The notes: generated from the sequence alone by a model not told the origin. A DNA stretch of 64,000 nt from Chitinophagales bacterium (GCA_020636535.1 JACJXT010000011.1:1884169-1948168); one strand, 5' to 3'. Shown: positions 49,370-60,265, numbered from the stretch's first letter. Program-made: numbers and translations.

Positions 49370-50861
49370 ATACTACTCTATTTATTCCTTTAATTTCATT
49401 AATAATTTTGTTAGATACTGTTGCCAAGAACTCGTATGGCAAATGACACCAATCTGCTGTCATTCCATCAACAGAAGTTACAGCTCTTAAAGCTACTACA
49501 TTTTCATATGTTCTTTCATCGCCCATAACGCCAACAGATTGTATTGGCAAGAAAATAGTTCCTGCTTGCCAAACTTTATCATACAAATTGTGTGCCTTTA
49601 ATTGTTCTATAAATATAAAATCTGCTTTTTGCAACAAATTTATCTTATTTTCTGTGATTTCACCAAGAATTCTTATCGCTAAACCTGGACCAGGAAATGG
49701 ATGTCTATTTAAAATATTTTCTGGAAGAAATAAAGCTGCACCAACTCTTCTCACTTCATCTTTAAATAATCTTTTTAATGGCTCGATGATTTTTAAGTGC
49801 ATTTTTTCTGGCAAACCACCTACATTATGATGTGATTTAATAGTAGCACTTGGTCCATGAACAGAAACCGATTCGATAATATCTGGATAAATAGTGCCTT
49901 GAGCCAACCATTGTACGCCATCAATTTTCGATGCTTCTGCTTGAAATACATCTATAAATGCTTTGCCAATTGCTTTTCTTTTAGCTTCTGGTTCTGATAA
50001 TCCTTTTAATGCATCATAAAAAATCTGACTAGCATCAACACCAATAATATTTAAACCTAAAGATTGATAATTTTCTAGTACCGTTTCATACTCTTGATAA
50101 CGCAACAAACCATTATTTACAAATATGCAAACCAATTGATTACCAATAGCTTTATTCAACAACAATGCAGCAACACTCGAATCAACACCACCAGACAATC
50201 CTAGTACTACTTTTTCATTGCCAACCGTTTCTTTTATTTCTTGAACCGTTTCCTCAATAAAACTATTAGGTGTCCAATCTGCAACACAAGCACAAATATC
50301 TATACAAAAGTTGCGAAGTAGTTGTTTGCCTTCTTGTGTGTGCGTTACTTCTGGATGAAATTGAATTCCGTACAAAGACAAATCGTTGTGCTTAAAAGCT
50401 GCTATTGGAATATGACTTGTTTTTGCTGTAATTGTAAAATTTAAAGGTAATTCGATAATAGAATCGCCATGAGACATCCAAACTTGTGTATGATTGTTTA
50501 TATTTTTAAATAATATATCATTTTCATCAACAATATCTAACATTGCTCTACCATATTCTCTTTTGTTAGATTTTTCTACTGTGCCACCAAACTGATGTGC
50601 AAGTAGCTGAGCTCCGTAGCAAATGGTTAGTATTGGAATTTGGTGTTGTTCTATAAATGTTTTTATTGGAAATGGTAATGCTTCTGCTTGTAGTACAGAA
50701 AATGGACTTCCACTTAAAATAACACCTTTTACATTTGGTGTAATCTCTACAGTTGAATTATAAGGATAAATCTCACAATAGATATTGAGTTCTCTAATTC
50801 TTCGTGCAATCAGTTGCGTATATTGAGAACCAAAGTCGTAGATGAGAATTTTAGAATGCAT
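49326..50861 (-). CDS. guaA: GMP synthase (glutamine-hydrolysing)
   Basis: GATase domain ([11 protein letters not shown]), PP-loop [11 protein letters not shown], and C-terminal ..PPATIEWE. I prefer the ATG at 50861 ([17 protein letters not shown]) over the TTG at 50867. Confidence 0.95.
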   Translation of the reverse strand: MHSKILIYDFGSQYTQLIARRIRELNIYCEIYPYNSTVEITPNVKGVILSGSPFSVLQAEALPFPIKTFIEQHQIPILTICYGAQLLAHQFGGTVEKSNKREYGRAMLDIVDENDILFKNINNHTQVWMSHGDSIIELPLNFTITAKTSHIPIAAFKHNDLSLYGIQFHPEVTHTQEGKQLLRNFCIDICACVADWTPNSFIEETVQEIKETVGNEKVVLGLSGGVDSSVAALLLNKAIGNQLVCIFVNNGLLRYQEYETVLENYQSLGLNIIGVDASQIFYDALKGLSEPEAKRKAIGKAFIDVFQAEASKIDGVQWLAQGTIYPDIIESVSVHGPSATIKSHHNVGGLPEKMHLKIIEPLKRLFKDEVRRVGAALFLPENILNRHPFPGPGLAIRILGEITENKINLLQKADFIFIEQLKAHNLYDKVWQAGTIFLPIQSVGVMGDERTYENVVALRAVTSVDGMTADWCHLPYEFLATVSNKIINEIKGINRVVYDISSKPPATIEWE

Positions 50862-50927
50862 ACGCAAAAGTACAGATTTAATTAGGAATTGTTTTTACTA
50901 AACAATGAATTTTATATTTTTATACAC

Positions 50928-51356
50928 ATGAAAATATGGCATTCTGAAAATATTAGCTTAGCAGATTTACAAGCAAGAAGTAAAAATACTATTGTAGCGT
51001 ACATAGACATTGTTTATACCGAAATTGGCGACGATTATATTAAAGCAACTATGCCTGTTGACCACAGAACACAGCAACCAATGGGTTTGTTGCATGGTGG
51101 TGCTTCGGTGGTTTTAGCAGAATCGTTAGGCAGTGTAGCTGCAAACTTGTGTTTAGACAATACCAAACAATATGCTGTTGGTTTAGATATTAACTCGAAC
51201 CATTTAAAGAGTGCTACAAAAGGTTTGGTAGAAGGTATTGTAAAACCAATTCATATTGGTAGTAAGACAGCAGTTTGGGAAATTAAAATCTATGACGAAA
51301 GACAAAAAATCATCAACATCAGCAGATTAACAACCATAGTTTTGGATAGGAAGTAG
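50928..51356 (+). CDS. Hotdog-fold thioesterase (PaaI/YbdB-like)
   Basis: MKIWHSE.. start. Contains ..QQPMGLLHGGASVVLAESLGS.. and the ..AVWEIKIYDE pattern of PaaI-type acyl-CoA thioesterases. Confidence 0.7.
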   Translation: MKIWHSENISLADLQARSKNTIVAYIDIVYTEIGDDYIKATMPVDHRTQQPMGLLHGGASVVLAESLGSVAANLCLDNTKQYAVGLDINSNHLKSATKGLVEGIVKPIHIGSKTAVWEIKIYDERQKIINISRLTTIVLDRK

Positions 51357-51408
51357 AAAAATTTTAACAAACTGAATATATTATGACTATACTCAAAAAT
51401 AATAAAAT

Positions 51409-52233
51409 ATGTTATATAGAAAAGAAGATATTAGTAATTTTAAAGAACAGCATTTTGCTTTTTTAATTGTAGAAGAAAATGACCATGTTTTAAGTATTAC
51501 GCTAAACAGACCTGAAAAAAGAAATGCCTTTCATATGCCTTTAGCTAATGAATTGGCTTATGCTTTAGCTTATGCTCATTACAATAATGCTATTTGGTCG
51601 GTTATTATTAAAGCCAATGGCCCAACTTTTTGTGCTGGTGCAGATTTAAAAGCTTTTGCTGGTGATGCTATTGTCGAAAACAATTCTACTATTCCAATGC
51701 CAAAAGAAATGGTAAAATTAGGCGATGAATTTAATGGACTACATAAACCTTGTATTGCTCAAGTGCATGCTGATGTTTATGCTGGTGGTTTTTTAATGAT
51801 TTGTGGTTGTACTCATGTTGTAGCAGCCAATACTGCAAAATTTGGTTTACCTGAAGTAAAACGAGGCATTTGGCCAATGCAAGTAATGGCAAGTCTAGCT
51901 CCATTAATGAGTGCTAGAGATTTACTAGATCTTTGTATGTGTGCAAAAACAATTGATGCAAACGAAGCAAAAAGATTAGGCATTGTTTCTATAGTTGTTG
52001 AAGCAAATGATTTAGAACAAACAGTTCAACACTTAGTCGATGAAATAAGGGAGCAATCGCCAACTGCAATACGATTAGGGTTACAAGCTTTTCAGGAAAT
52101 GCAAAATTTAAAGCACGAAGCACAACACCCATATTTGCATAGTATGTTAATGAAAGTTTTGAGTAGTAAAGATGCTAAAGAAGGTTTATTAGCATTTAAA
52201 GAAAAACGAGCACCAAATTGGACTGGTGAATAG
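51409..52233 (+). CDS. Enoyl-CoA hydratase/isomerase (crotonase) family protein
   Basis: 274 aa. Contains ITLNRPEKRNAF, FCAGADLK and the oxyanion-hole region YAGGFLM. It lacks the MenB-specific GGDQ motif. Confidence 0.8.
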   Translation: MLYRKEDISNFKEQHFAFLIVEENDHVLSITLNRPEKRNAFHMPLANELAYALAYAHYNNAIWSVIIKANGPTFCAGADLKAFAGDAIVENNSTIPMPKEMVKLGDEFNGLHKPCIAQVHADVYAGGFLMICGCTHVVAANTAKFGLPEVKRGIWPMQVMASLAPLMSARDLLDLCMCAKTIDANEAKRLGIVSIVVEANDLEQTVQHLVDEIREQSPTAIRLGLQAFQEMQNLKHEAQHPYLHSMLMKVLSSKDAKEGLLAFKEKRAPNWTGE

Positions 52234-52240
52234 TGTTAAA

Positions 52241-52271
52241 TAAAAAAGGTGCATTTTTCAATGCACCTTTC
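52241..52271 (-). terminator. Terminator between the convergent crotonase and carbonic anhydrase genes
   Basis: AAAGGTGCAT (52245-54) pairs with ATGCACCTTT (52261-70). The T-run is on the minus-strand side. Confidence 0.65.
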
Positions 52272-52296
52272 AAACAAATTAAGCTTAGCATAGTTT

Positions 52297-52923
52297 TTAT
52301 ACTAATCTATATATTTCCATTATATTGGAAAGTATTTTATCAAAGTTGATGTTTAAGTCTATTAATTTTCCTGTATGTATATCAAAAACCCAACCATGTA
52401 CTTTTAAACCTCTTTCGTTATAAGCTTTTTGTACTTGTGCTGTTTTTATTACATTAATACACTGCTCTTCTACATTCAACTCTACTAGTCGTTTGTATCT
52501 AGCTTCTTCATCTACTATAGCATTCAATTCATCTTTGTGAATTCTATATACATCTCTAATATTTCTCAACCACGGATTTAAAATTCCTAAGTCGTTAGAT
52601 TGCATTGCTGCTTTAACACCTCCACAAAAATAATGACCACATACTACAATATGATTTACTTTTAAATGTGCTACTGCATATTCTATCACCGACATTACAT
52701 TCAAATCGGTATTAGGTACCATATTGGCAATATTTCTATGTACAAAAACTTCACCAGGTTGTACACCCATTAAGTCTTCTGCTGTAACTCTACTATCTGC
52801 ACAACCAATATATAATATTTCTGGTTGCTGTCCTTTAGATAAGTCGCTAAAATAATTTGGTTCTACTGCTAATTTTTTAGCTATCCAAATTTCATTATTT
52901 TCAAATATTCTTTCTAATTTCAT
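52297..52923 (-). CDS. Beta-class carbonic anhydrase
   Basis: 208 aa. Zinc ligand motifs GCADSRV and VCGHYFCGG. Confidence 0.9.
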   Translation of the reverse strand: MKLERIFENNEIWIAKKLAVEPNYFSDLSKGQQPEILYIGCADSRVTAEDLMGVQPGEVFVHRNIANMVPNTDLNVMSVIEYAVAHLKVNHIVVCGHYFCGGVKAAMQSNDLGILNPWLRNIRDVYRIHKDELNAIVDEEARYKRLVELNVEEQCINVIKTAQVQKAYNERGLKVHGWVFDIHTGKLIDLNINFDKILSNIMEIYRLV

Positions 52924-52952
52924 ATTTTTTATTTTTATTTAATTATTTATTT

Positions 52953-54533
52953 TTAATTCTTCAGAATTTGTTGTATTATTTCTGAAGTTGGATTTTCAAA
53001 TGTACCTTTTTCTGATACCAATTTAAATTTAATATTTTTATTTTCTGCTTGAATAATAAAGTTCTCTATTATTTCTATAATATCGAAATCTAAGTAAACT
53101 GTATTTCTTACATCTAAATCTAAGCTCGTATTTTCTGGTAAGCTAAACAACTCATTCTGAATAGCTGCTTTATTTAAAAATGTAATTTCTTCTGCTAGTT
53201 TCATAGTAACATGATGACCTGTATTATCATCACTTTCTGCTTTATGTAAAAAGTGCGAGTTTTGATAACTTTTAATAGCAATTACTACTAATCCTACAGC
53301 AAGTCCTAGACCAACACCAATGAGTAAATCGGTAAATACAATAGCTACAACCGTTACTATAAATGGTATAAATTGTTTCCAACCTAATTGATACATTTGT
53401 TTAAATAGTGCTGGTTTTGCTAGTTTATATCCTACAATTAATAAAACTGCTGCTAGTACAGATAATGGTATTTTATTTAATAATGTTGGAATTAATATTA
53501 CAGAAAGTAATAATAAAAAACCATGTATAATAGCTGATAATTTTGTTTTTCCGCCAGATTGAATATTGGCAGAACTACGAACAATTACTTGTGTAATAGG
53601 TAAACCACCAATTAAACCAGAAATGACATTACCAGAACCTTGTGCTATTAGCTCACGGTTGGTTGGTGTGATATTTCTTTCTGGATCTAATTTATCTGTT
53701 GCTTCTACACATAATAGTGTTTCTATACTTGCTACAATAGCAATTGTAAAAGCAGTTACCCAAATTTTATAATTGGTAATGACTGCAAAATTAGGCATAC
53801 TAAACTGACCAAAGAAATCGGATACACTATTTGGAATTGGCACACTTACTAAATGAGACGCACCAATAGCCAAAGTTTCGTTTCCTAGTGTAGCTAAGTA
53901 AAATACTATACCTAATACTACTACAACTAATGGTCCTTGTATAAGTTTAAAGATTTTTCCTTTTTTAGATAAAACAGTATCCCAAAAAATTAAGATAAGT
54001 AAACTAATAATACCAATTAATGTTGCACCAGGATGTACATGCTCTAGCGTATCAAATAACTCTGCAATCGTATTTCTACCATCATGTTCTATAAATTCTA
54101 AGTCCCAAGCAGATTCTTCATCGTAACCAAAAAAGTTAGGTATTTGTTTCATTATAATAATAATACCAATACCAGTAAGCATTCCTTTAATTACAGATGA
54201 TGGAAAATAATAGCCGATAATACCTGCTCTTAAAATACCTAATATAATTTGAAAAACACCAGCAATAACTACTGCGAGTAAAAAGTTTTGATAACCACCT
54301 AAATCAGGAATGGCTGCAAAAACAATAGCTGCTAAACCTGCAGCTGGACCACTAACACCTAAATTAGAACCACTAATGGCTCCTACGACTACTCCACCAA
54401 TTATACCTGCTATAATACCAGCGAACAATGGTGCACCACTGGCCAAAGCAATTCCTAAACATAATGGAAGTGCTACAAAAAATACGACGATACTTGCAGG
54501 AAAGTCTTGTTTAATATTTGAAAAAAGTTTCAT
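52953..54533 (-). CDS. SulP-family anion transporter (sulfate/bicarbonate permease) with STAS domain
   Basis: 526 aa. Polytopic N-terminal region with SulP motifs and a C-terminal STAS-like region. Paired with the downstream beta-carbonic anhydrase. Confidence 0.85.
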   Translation of the reverse strand: MKLFSNIKQDFPASIVVFFVALPLCLGIALASGAPLFAGIIAGIIGGVVVGAISGSNLGVSGPAAGLAAIVFAAIPDLGGYQNFLLAVVIAGVFQIILGILRAGIIGYYFPSSVIKGMLTGIGIIIIMKQIPNFFGYDEESAWDLEFIEHDGRNTIAELFDTLEHVHPGATLIGIISLLILIFWDTVLSKKGKIFKLIQGPLVVVVLGIVFYLATLGNETLAIGASHLVSVPIPNSVSDFFGQFSMPNFAVITNYKIWVTAFTIAIVASIETLLCVEATDKLDPERNITPTNRELIAQGSGNVISGLIGGLPITQVIVRSSANIQSGGKTKLSAIIHGFLLLLSVILIPTLLNKIPLSVLAAVLLIVGYKLAKPALFKQMYQLGWKQFIPFIVTVVAIVFTDLLIGVGLGLAVGLVVIAIKSYQNSHFLHKAESDDNTGHHVTMKLAEEITFLNKAAIQNELFSLPENTSLDLDVRNTVYLDFDIIEIIENFIIQAENKNIKFKLVSEKGTFENPTSEIIQQILKN

Positions 54534-54589
54534 TTAAATTTTTATTTGATTAAGATTTGATTCAATTAGAATCATTATTTAGTCTCCTT

Positions 54590-54628
54590 GTCATTCCGTC
54601 ATTTTGGAAAAATAAAAACAAGCGGAAT
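54590..54628. repeat. GC-rich palindromic intergenic element (GTCATTCCG ... CGGAAT type)
   Basis: GTCATTCCG (54590-98) pairs with CGGAAT (54623-28). Same family as 3471-3518. Confidence 0.4.
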
Positions 54629-54685
54629 TTTTGTAGCAAACTACTAGACTTCTACTTTCGCAGAAAGACGATAATGTACTACAAA

Positions 54686-55003
54686 TTATGCTAAATATTC
54701 TGGTGGTTCACCTATAAATAAAATGTAATTTTGGTTTTCAATGGCATCATCAGTTAAATGTGCCATACTTATTTTTTTATCGATAATTGAAGATAATACT
54801 GCTTTGTGTTGTTTGATATACTTAATTACAAAGTCTTTTACTTCTACTTTATGTGCATCTTCTTCTAAATCATTCAAATTATTAACATAGCTCGACAACT
54901 TACAATCTTTTATAAAATTGGATACATAGTTTTGGCATATCAACATTGACATGCTAACTATCATTAAAAAGATTACGGTATGTTTATATTTAGCTATAGG
55001 CAT
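54686..55003 (-). CDS. Small membrane-anchored protein of unknown function
   Basis: 105 aa with one N-terminal hydrophobic helix. No recognisable motif. Confidence 0.35.
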   Translation of the reverse strand: MPIAKYKHTVIFLMIVSMSMLICQNYVSNFIKDCKLSSYVNNLNDLEEDAHKVEVKDFVIKYIKQHKAVLSSIIDKKISMAHLTDDAIENQNYILFIGEPPEYLA

Positions 55004-55062
55004 ATATCTTACAATACGGTAACAAAAATAAGTAAAAAAAAGTTCCAGCTCTAGAAAATTAA

Positions 55063-56931
55063 TTACGAAATCGTTACGGTTTCTACCACTTCGTCTTTTT
55101 CTATTCTTAAGTTATCAATGATAAATTCTTGTCGATCTTGTGTGTTTTTTCCCATATAGTATGCTAAAAGTTGATCGATGCTCTGTTTTTCTTTCAATAT
55201 TACTGGTTCTAATTTAATGTCTTCATTAATGAAATTCTCAAACTCAGATGGTGAAATTTCTCCAAGCCCTTTAAATCTTGTAATTTCTGGTTTGCCTTTT
55301 AGTTCATTGATTGCTTCTTGTTTTTCTTTCTCAGAATAACAATAAATAGTTTTTTGCTTATTTCGAACTCTAAATAAAGGTGTTTCTAATATATAGAGAT
55401 GTCCTTTTTTAACTAAATCAGGAAAAAATTGAAGGAAAAAAGTCATCAATAGTAAACGAATGTGCATACCATCAACATCTGCATCTGTAGCAATAACTAC
55501 ATGATTGTATCTTAGGTTATCTATGTCTTCTTCAATATTTAAAGCATGTTGTAGTAAATTAAATTCTTCGTTTTGATAAACTATTTTTTTAGATAAACCA
55601 AAACAGTTTAATGGTTTACCTCTTAAAGAAAAGACAGCTTGTGTTTCTGGACTTCTTGCCTTGGTAATAGAACCAGAAGCAGAATCACCTTCTGTGATGA
55701 ATAACATAGTATCTAAATAGTTTTCTTTCTTTTCATCGGTGAAGTGTATTCTACAATCTCTTAATTTTTTATTGTGTAAGTTGGCAGATTTAGCTCTTTC
55801 ATTAGCTAATTTTCTAATACCACTTAAATCTTTTCGTTCTCTTTCAGACTGTTGAATTCGCTTCAACATCTTTTCAGCAATATCTGGATTTCGATGTAAG
55901 TAATTATCTAATTGTGATTTTACAAAATCGTTTACAAACGATTTAAGACTTGGTCCTTCTGGAAACATAACTTGCGAACCTAATTTTGTTTTAGTCTGCG
56001 ACTCAAAAACTGGTTCTTGTACTCTAATACTAATACTTCCTACAATAGCTTGACGAATATCTGCTGCTTCGAAGTTCTTTTTATAAAACTCTCTAATGGT
56101 TTTAACTATGGCTTCTTTAAAAGCTTGTAAATGCGTACCACCTTGTGTAGTGTATTGTCCATTTACAAACGAATAATACTCTTCACCATATTGATTAGCA
56201 TGCGACAATGCAATTTCAATATCCTCTCCTTTTAAATGAATTATTGGATATTTTAAATCATCTTCATTAGTTTTTTTCTCTAATAAGTCTTTCAATCCAT
56301 TTTGAGAAGCAAACTTTTTACTATTAAAATTTATAGTTAATCCTGCATTTAAATATGCATAGTTCCACAATTGTTCTTCTACAAAATCACTAACAAAATG
56401 AAATTTTTTAAAAATACTGTCATCTGCTTCAAATACAAACGAAGTCCCATCTTTTTCATCTGTTTTTGCAATTTTATGGTCATTAATTAAATTGCCTTGT
56501 TTAAATTCAGCTACTTTTTGTTGCCCATCTCTTACAGAGCTTACTTTAAAATAAGTAGATAATGCATTAACAGCTTTAGTACCAACACCATTTAATCCAA
56601 CCGATTTTTGAAATGCTTTGGAATCGTATTTTCCTCCAGTATTAATTTTAGACACACAATCTATAACTGCACCTAAAGGAATTCCACGACCAAAATCTCT
56701 AACTGTAACGATTTTATCTTTAATAACAATATCAATTCGTTTACCAAAACCCATTACAAATTCATCTATAGAATTGTCTATTATTTCTTTCAGCAATACA
56801 TAAATTCCATCATCAGGAGCAGAACCATCTCCTAATTTACCAATATACATACCAGGTCTTAAACGAATATGTTCTTTCCAATCTAATGAACGAATATTGT
56901 CTTCGGTATAATTCACTTGTTCAGTCGCCAT
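55063..56931 (-). CDS. parE: Type IIA topoisomerase subunit B, most likely topoisomerase IV ParE
   Basis: 622 aa. GHKL ATPase N-terminus (..[26 protein letters not shown]), Toprim EGDSA and SLRGKPLN motifs. The length and N-terminus fit Bacteroidota ParE rather than GyrB. Confidence 0.75.
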   Translation of the reverse strand: MATEQVNYTEDNIRSLDWKEHIRLRPGMYIGKLGDGSAPDDGIYVLLKEIIDNSIDEFVMGFGKRIDIVIKDKIVTVRDFGRGIPLGAVIDCVSKINTGGKYDSKAFQKSVGLNGVGTKAVNALSTYFKVSSVRDGQQKVAEFKQGNLINDHKIAKTDEKDGTSFVFEADDSIFKKFHFVSDFVEEQLWNYAYLNAGLTINFNSKKFASQNGLKDLLEKKTNEDDLKYPIIHLKGEDIEIALSHANQYGEEYYSFVNGQYTTQGGTHLQAFKEAIVKTIREFYKKNFEAADIRQAIVGSISIRVQEPVFESQTKTKLGSQVMFPEGPSLKSFVNDFVKSQLDNYLHRNPDIAEKMLKRIQQSERERKDLSGIRKLANERAKSANLHNKKLRDCRIHFTDEKKENYLDTMLFITEGDSASGSITKARSPETQAVFSLRGKPLNCFGLSKKIVYQNEEFNLLQHALNIEEDIDNLRYNHVVIATDADVDGMHIRLLLMTFFLQFFPDLVKKGHLYILETPLFRVRNKQKTIYCYSEKEKQEAINELKGKPEITRFKGLGEISPSEFENFINEDIKLEPVILKEKQSIDQLLAYYMGKNTQDRQEFIIDNLRIEKDEVVETVTIS

Positions 56932-57068
56932 GTTTCAAAAATAGATTTAATATGTTATTCAGTAAACACAAATTATCAACAAAAGTGTTTATTCTCTTTC
57001 TATTAAAAATAGTTAATATCAAACACCTAAGACAAATTTTATTTAATATTGAAGAAAATTAATTCACT

Positions 57069-58049
57069 ATGAAAAACATATTATTAGTACTAACAATTTT
57101 ATTTGTTGGTCTGTTTGCAAATGCAGAAGATTTTAATGCAACTATTCAAATGAAAAATGGAGATATTGTATCAGGAACTACTACATTTACTACATTTAAT
57201 CTCAAGACTAAATACGGTACACTACAAATTCCTGCAAAAAATGTATACGAAATTACACTAGGTACTTTTACAGATTATAGTCAAGCATCTACTATAAACA
57301 CACAACTAAAACAATTACAAATGGCTTCAGAAAATGAAGCAAAATCTATCTATAATCAATTATTATCTAAAGGCACTCCAATACTTGGAATTGTGAAAGA
57401 TTTCACAAATTCAAATGATTATGCTTTTACAGAAAGCTTTACCTATACAGTAGATGATTTGTTAGAAGAATTATATAAAAAGGCAAATATGAATTATATG
57501 TCTAGTACTAATGACTTAATCTCTTTTGATGACAATAATACAATTGAAGGCACAATAGATATTAATACGATTCTTTTAAATACAGACTATGGAAAATTGA
57601 CCATAGATAGAAGTAAGATTAGTAGTATTGATATCTCTTATATTGATAAGGCATTAGGTGAAAATACCTATAAATTATTTGCAAATAAAAATATTACAGG
57701 AAACTATGATGATGATAATGCTTGGGTTAAAACTGGTGTAACTGTTAAAACTGGTGATCAAATTATAATTTCTGCTACTGGAAAGGCTAAATTAGAAAGT
57801 TTATCGGGTGGCTTTTATGGACCTAATGGTTATGTTGGTGGTGAAGAAGATGAAGCGTACAACGAAGAAGATGACATTCCTTATGGTTCTTTAGTTTTTA
57901 AAATTGGCGAAGAAGGTGATGAAATTAAAGCAGGAAGCAATTATAAAGGGACAGCAGATAAAAGTGGCACGATTTTTATATCTATTTACGAAACAGTATT
58001 TGACAAAACAAATAGTGGTGGTTATACTGTGAAAGTTATTAAAAAATAA
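57069..58049 (+). CDS. Secreted protein; two copies of a short beta motif and a C-terminal PA-IL/LecA-like lectin-type domain (tentative)
   Basis: Signal peptide. Repeats NGDIVSGT..FNLKTKYGTLQIPAKNVYEITLG and NNTIEGTIDINTILLNTDYGKLTIDRSKISSIDIS. The C-terminus KTGDQIIISATG..GPNGY..YGSLVFKIGEEGDEIKAGSNY..SGTIFISIYE..NSGGYTVKV parallels the LecA pattern. Confidence 0.45.
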   Translation: MKNILLVLTILFVGLFANAEDFNATIQMKNGDIVSGTTTFTTFNLKTKYGTLQIPAKNVYEITLGTFTDYSQASTINTQLKQLQMASENEAKSIYNQLLSKGTPILGIVKDFTNSNDYAFTESFTYTVDDLLEELYKKANMNYMSSTNDLISFDDNNTIEGTIDINTILLNTDYGKLTIDRSKISSIDISYIDKALGENTYKLFANKNITGNYDDDNAWVKTGVTVKTGDQIIISATGKAKLESLSGGFYGPNGYVGGEEDEAYNEEDDIPYGSLVFKIGEEGDEIKAGSNYKGTADKSGTIFISIYETVFDKTNSGGYTVKVIKK

Positions 58050-58087
58050 TGCTATATTTAAACTTAACTAAAACAAACTACTAAATC

Positions 58088-59302
58088 ATGAGAATTTTAA
58101 TTTTATTATTTGGATTATTATTAACAACATTTACTAATGCAGAAACAATTTCTAAGTGTTTTAAAGATAAAAATAATAGCGATTTAAAACTTAAAATTAC
58201 ACTTGAAGGTGATGATTGGAATACTGCTTATGTAGAGTATAAATCTGGTAATGGAAAACTTAAACTCACTAAAAAGAGTTCTGAACCTGCTGCTTTTATT
58301 GCAGGTAGACCTACAGGTTTTAAATATGTTTGGAATGAATATGATAAAGGCATTTTAAATGGAACTTATTATTTTACATTAAAAACGAATCAAGATATTG
58401 AAGATTTTTCGTATGTACGAAAAAAAGACAATAAAACATTTTATTTTGTAGCAGACGATTGTGGTTGGAGTCAAGGTGATACAGATGTTGATGAAGATGA
58501 TGATTATTCTTGGTTAGCAGATGCATTCTCTGATGAGGATGATGAGGATATTGAAAGTGATGTTGAAACTTATGACTTGTCTGATGTTATTACTAGTCCA
58601 AAACAAGATATAAAATTTGTAATACAAGGTAGTGGAGGAAGCAATGGTGTTGCAGTTACCTATCATCCAGATTATAAATTATATTATACAGCTTTTGCAG
58701 GAAATGCATCGTTTCCGTTAGAAGTATTTACAGAATCTGGTTATAGAAAACAAGCAACTACTACAAGTGCAGATTTAAGAGGTTTGTGGTACAACTACGA
58801 TTTAGATTTAATGGAAGGCAATGAATATAGTACATACAATTTATTGTCTTTTACAATTGGTGACAATGGTTATTTTGATGGCGATCCATATACAGAATTA
58901 GAAGACTTAGACATCGTAGGAAGTCATACTGTATTAACTTATAATGCATACGATTATTTATATGCTGCCTATAATAGCGAAGATGGTGTTATTGACGAAT
59001 TTGACATGGAAGATGGTTCTTTTTATTCTTCTAGCGATGAATTAGATTTTCCAACATCTAGTGCAAATATCAACACAACTTCTGTAATATATACCTTTAT
59101 TGAAGACGCACCATATGGTTTATTAGATTATGTAAATAAAAAAGTATTTTTATTTGACTACGATGGTACTTATATGAAAACAATCAACTTACCAAGCAAC
59201 GCACCAACAAGTAGTATATTCTGTTTCAGCTTTGCCAATAAGCATGTCTTTTTGTTTGATAAAGACGAAAGAATTTGGTATGGTTATAAGATAATTAAGT
59301 AA
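58088..59302 (+). CDS. Secreted protein of unknown function, paralog of 59366-60217, with extra N-terminal domain and acidic linker
   Basis: Signal peptide. Asp/Glu linker DTDVDEDDDYSWLADAFSDEDDEDIESDVE. The C-terminal roughly 240 aa align with the next ORF (YDLSDVITSPKQDI.. / ..LFDYDGTYMKTINLPS..NKHVFLFD..WYGYKII). Confidence 0.55.
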   Translation: MRILILLFGLLLTTFTNAETISKCFKDKNNSDLKLKITLEGDDWNTAYVEYKSGNGKLKLTKKSSEPAAFIAGRPTGFKYVWNEYDKGILNGTYYFTLKTNQDIEDFSYVRKKDNKTFYFVADDCGWSQGDTDVDEDDDYSWLADAFSDEDDEDIESDVETYDLSDVITSPKQDIKFVIQGSGGSNGVAVTYHPDYKLYYTAFAGNASFPLEVFTESGYRKQATTTSADLRGLWYNYDLDLMEGNEYSTYNLLSFTIGDNGYFDGDPYTELEDLDIVGSHTVLTYNAYDYLYAAYNSEDGVIDEFDMEDGSFYSSSDELDFPTSSANINTTSVIYTFIEDAPYGLLDYVNKKVFLFDYDGTYMKTINLPSNAPTSSIFCFSFANKHVFLFDKDERIWYGYKIIK

Positions 59303-59365
59303 TTAGCTAATTGTTTAATTTAATAATTAGCTAATTTACAGAAAAAAACAATATTAAATGATAAT

Positions 59366-60217
59366 ATGAAATATGTTATATTTTTATACTTTATTTTTTT
59401 ATTGAATAGTATTCATGCAGAAAACAATTTATCTAGTACAACTACTGCATATAGTATAAATGATGTTATTTCGAATCCAACTAAAGATATAGAATTAGCA
59501 TTTTCGCCAGATAATTTTACAGGTTCATATGCACAAGGTATTGCTTATAATCCAACCTTTCAATATTACTACGCTTATAGAAACATAGGCAGTAAAGGAA
59601 ATAATTTTGAAGTATTTGATATTAATGGAAAGAGCGTACAATCAACCATATTTTCACAACAAGTAGATAATATTTGGTATAATAATTTTTTAAATAAAAT
59701 TGAAGCTTATTACAGAAATGATAATGATGAGTTATTTATTGTTTCTTACAAGTTTGACAATAAAGGACTATTAATAAATGAAACACCTAAATTAGAACTC
59801 AGTAATATTTTAATAGCAGAACCAACAAGTACACTTGGCTATAATGCAATAGATAATATATATTACTACGCAAGCGTTAATAAAAATCCAGTTAAATTAG
59901 AAGAATTAAATGCCATTGATGCTACAGATTTTGGACACGCCAACTTACCATTACCATTATCTGTAAATACTAGCGATTTAAATCAGCCAACACTATTATA
60001 TACAAACATTAAAAATGCAGAATATGCTTTATATAATAATAAAACATATAGTTTATACTTGTATGATTATGAAGGAAATTTACAAAAAACGATAACACTA
60101 CCAAGTAGTGCTTCAACTTCTTCTTCAAAGTATAAAAATATTTGCATCGTTAATAAGCACTTTTTTGTGTTTGATGGTATTAAATGCAAATGGTATGGTT
60201 ATAAAATTGTAAACTAG
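59366..60217 (+). CDS. Secreted protein of unknown function, paralog of 58088-59302
   Basis: Signal peptide. Shared motifs are YSINDVISNPTKDI, GIAYNP, LYDYEGNLQKTITLPS, NKHFFVFD and WYGYKIV. Confidence 0.55.
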   Translation: MKYVIFLYFIFLLNSIHAENNLSSTTTAYSINDVISNPTKDIELAFSPDNFTGSYAQGIAYNPTFQYYYAYRNIGSKGNNFEVFDINGKSVQSTIFSQQVDNIWYNNFLNKIEAYYRNDNDELFIVSYKFDNKGLLINETPKLELSNILIAEPTSTLGYNAIDNIYYYASVNKNPVKLEELNAIDATDFGHANLPLPLSVNTSDLNQPTLLYTNIKNAEYALYNNKTYSLYLYDYEGNLQKTITLPSSASTSSSKYKNICIVNKHFFVFDGIKCKWYGYKIVN

Positions 60218-60265
60218 TAAATTATTATACAGATAATTTAATAAATATGTTTTAATAATAATAAT

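Noticed and set aside
51409-52233. The crotonase next to a hotdog thioesterase could be MenB/DHNA-CoA thioesterase of menaquinone synthesis.
   Set aside because: The crotonase lacks MenB hallmark motifs (for example the GGDQ region) and is better described as a generic enoyl-CoA hydratase. No other men genes are nearby.
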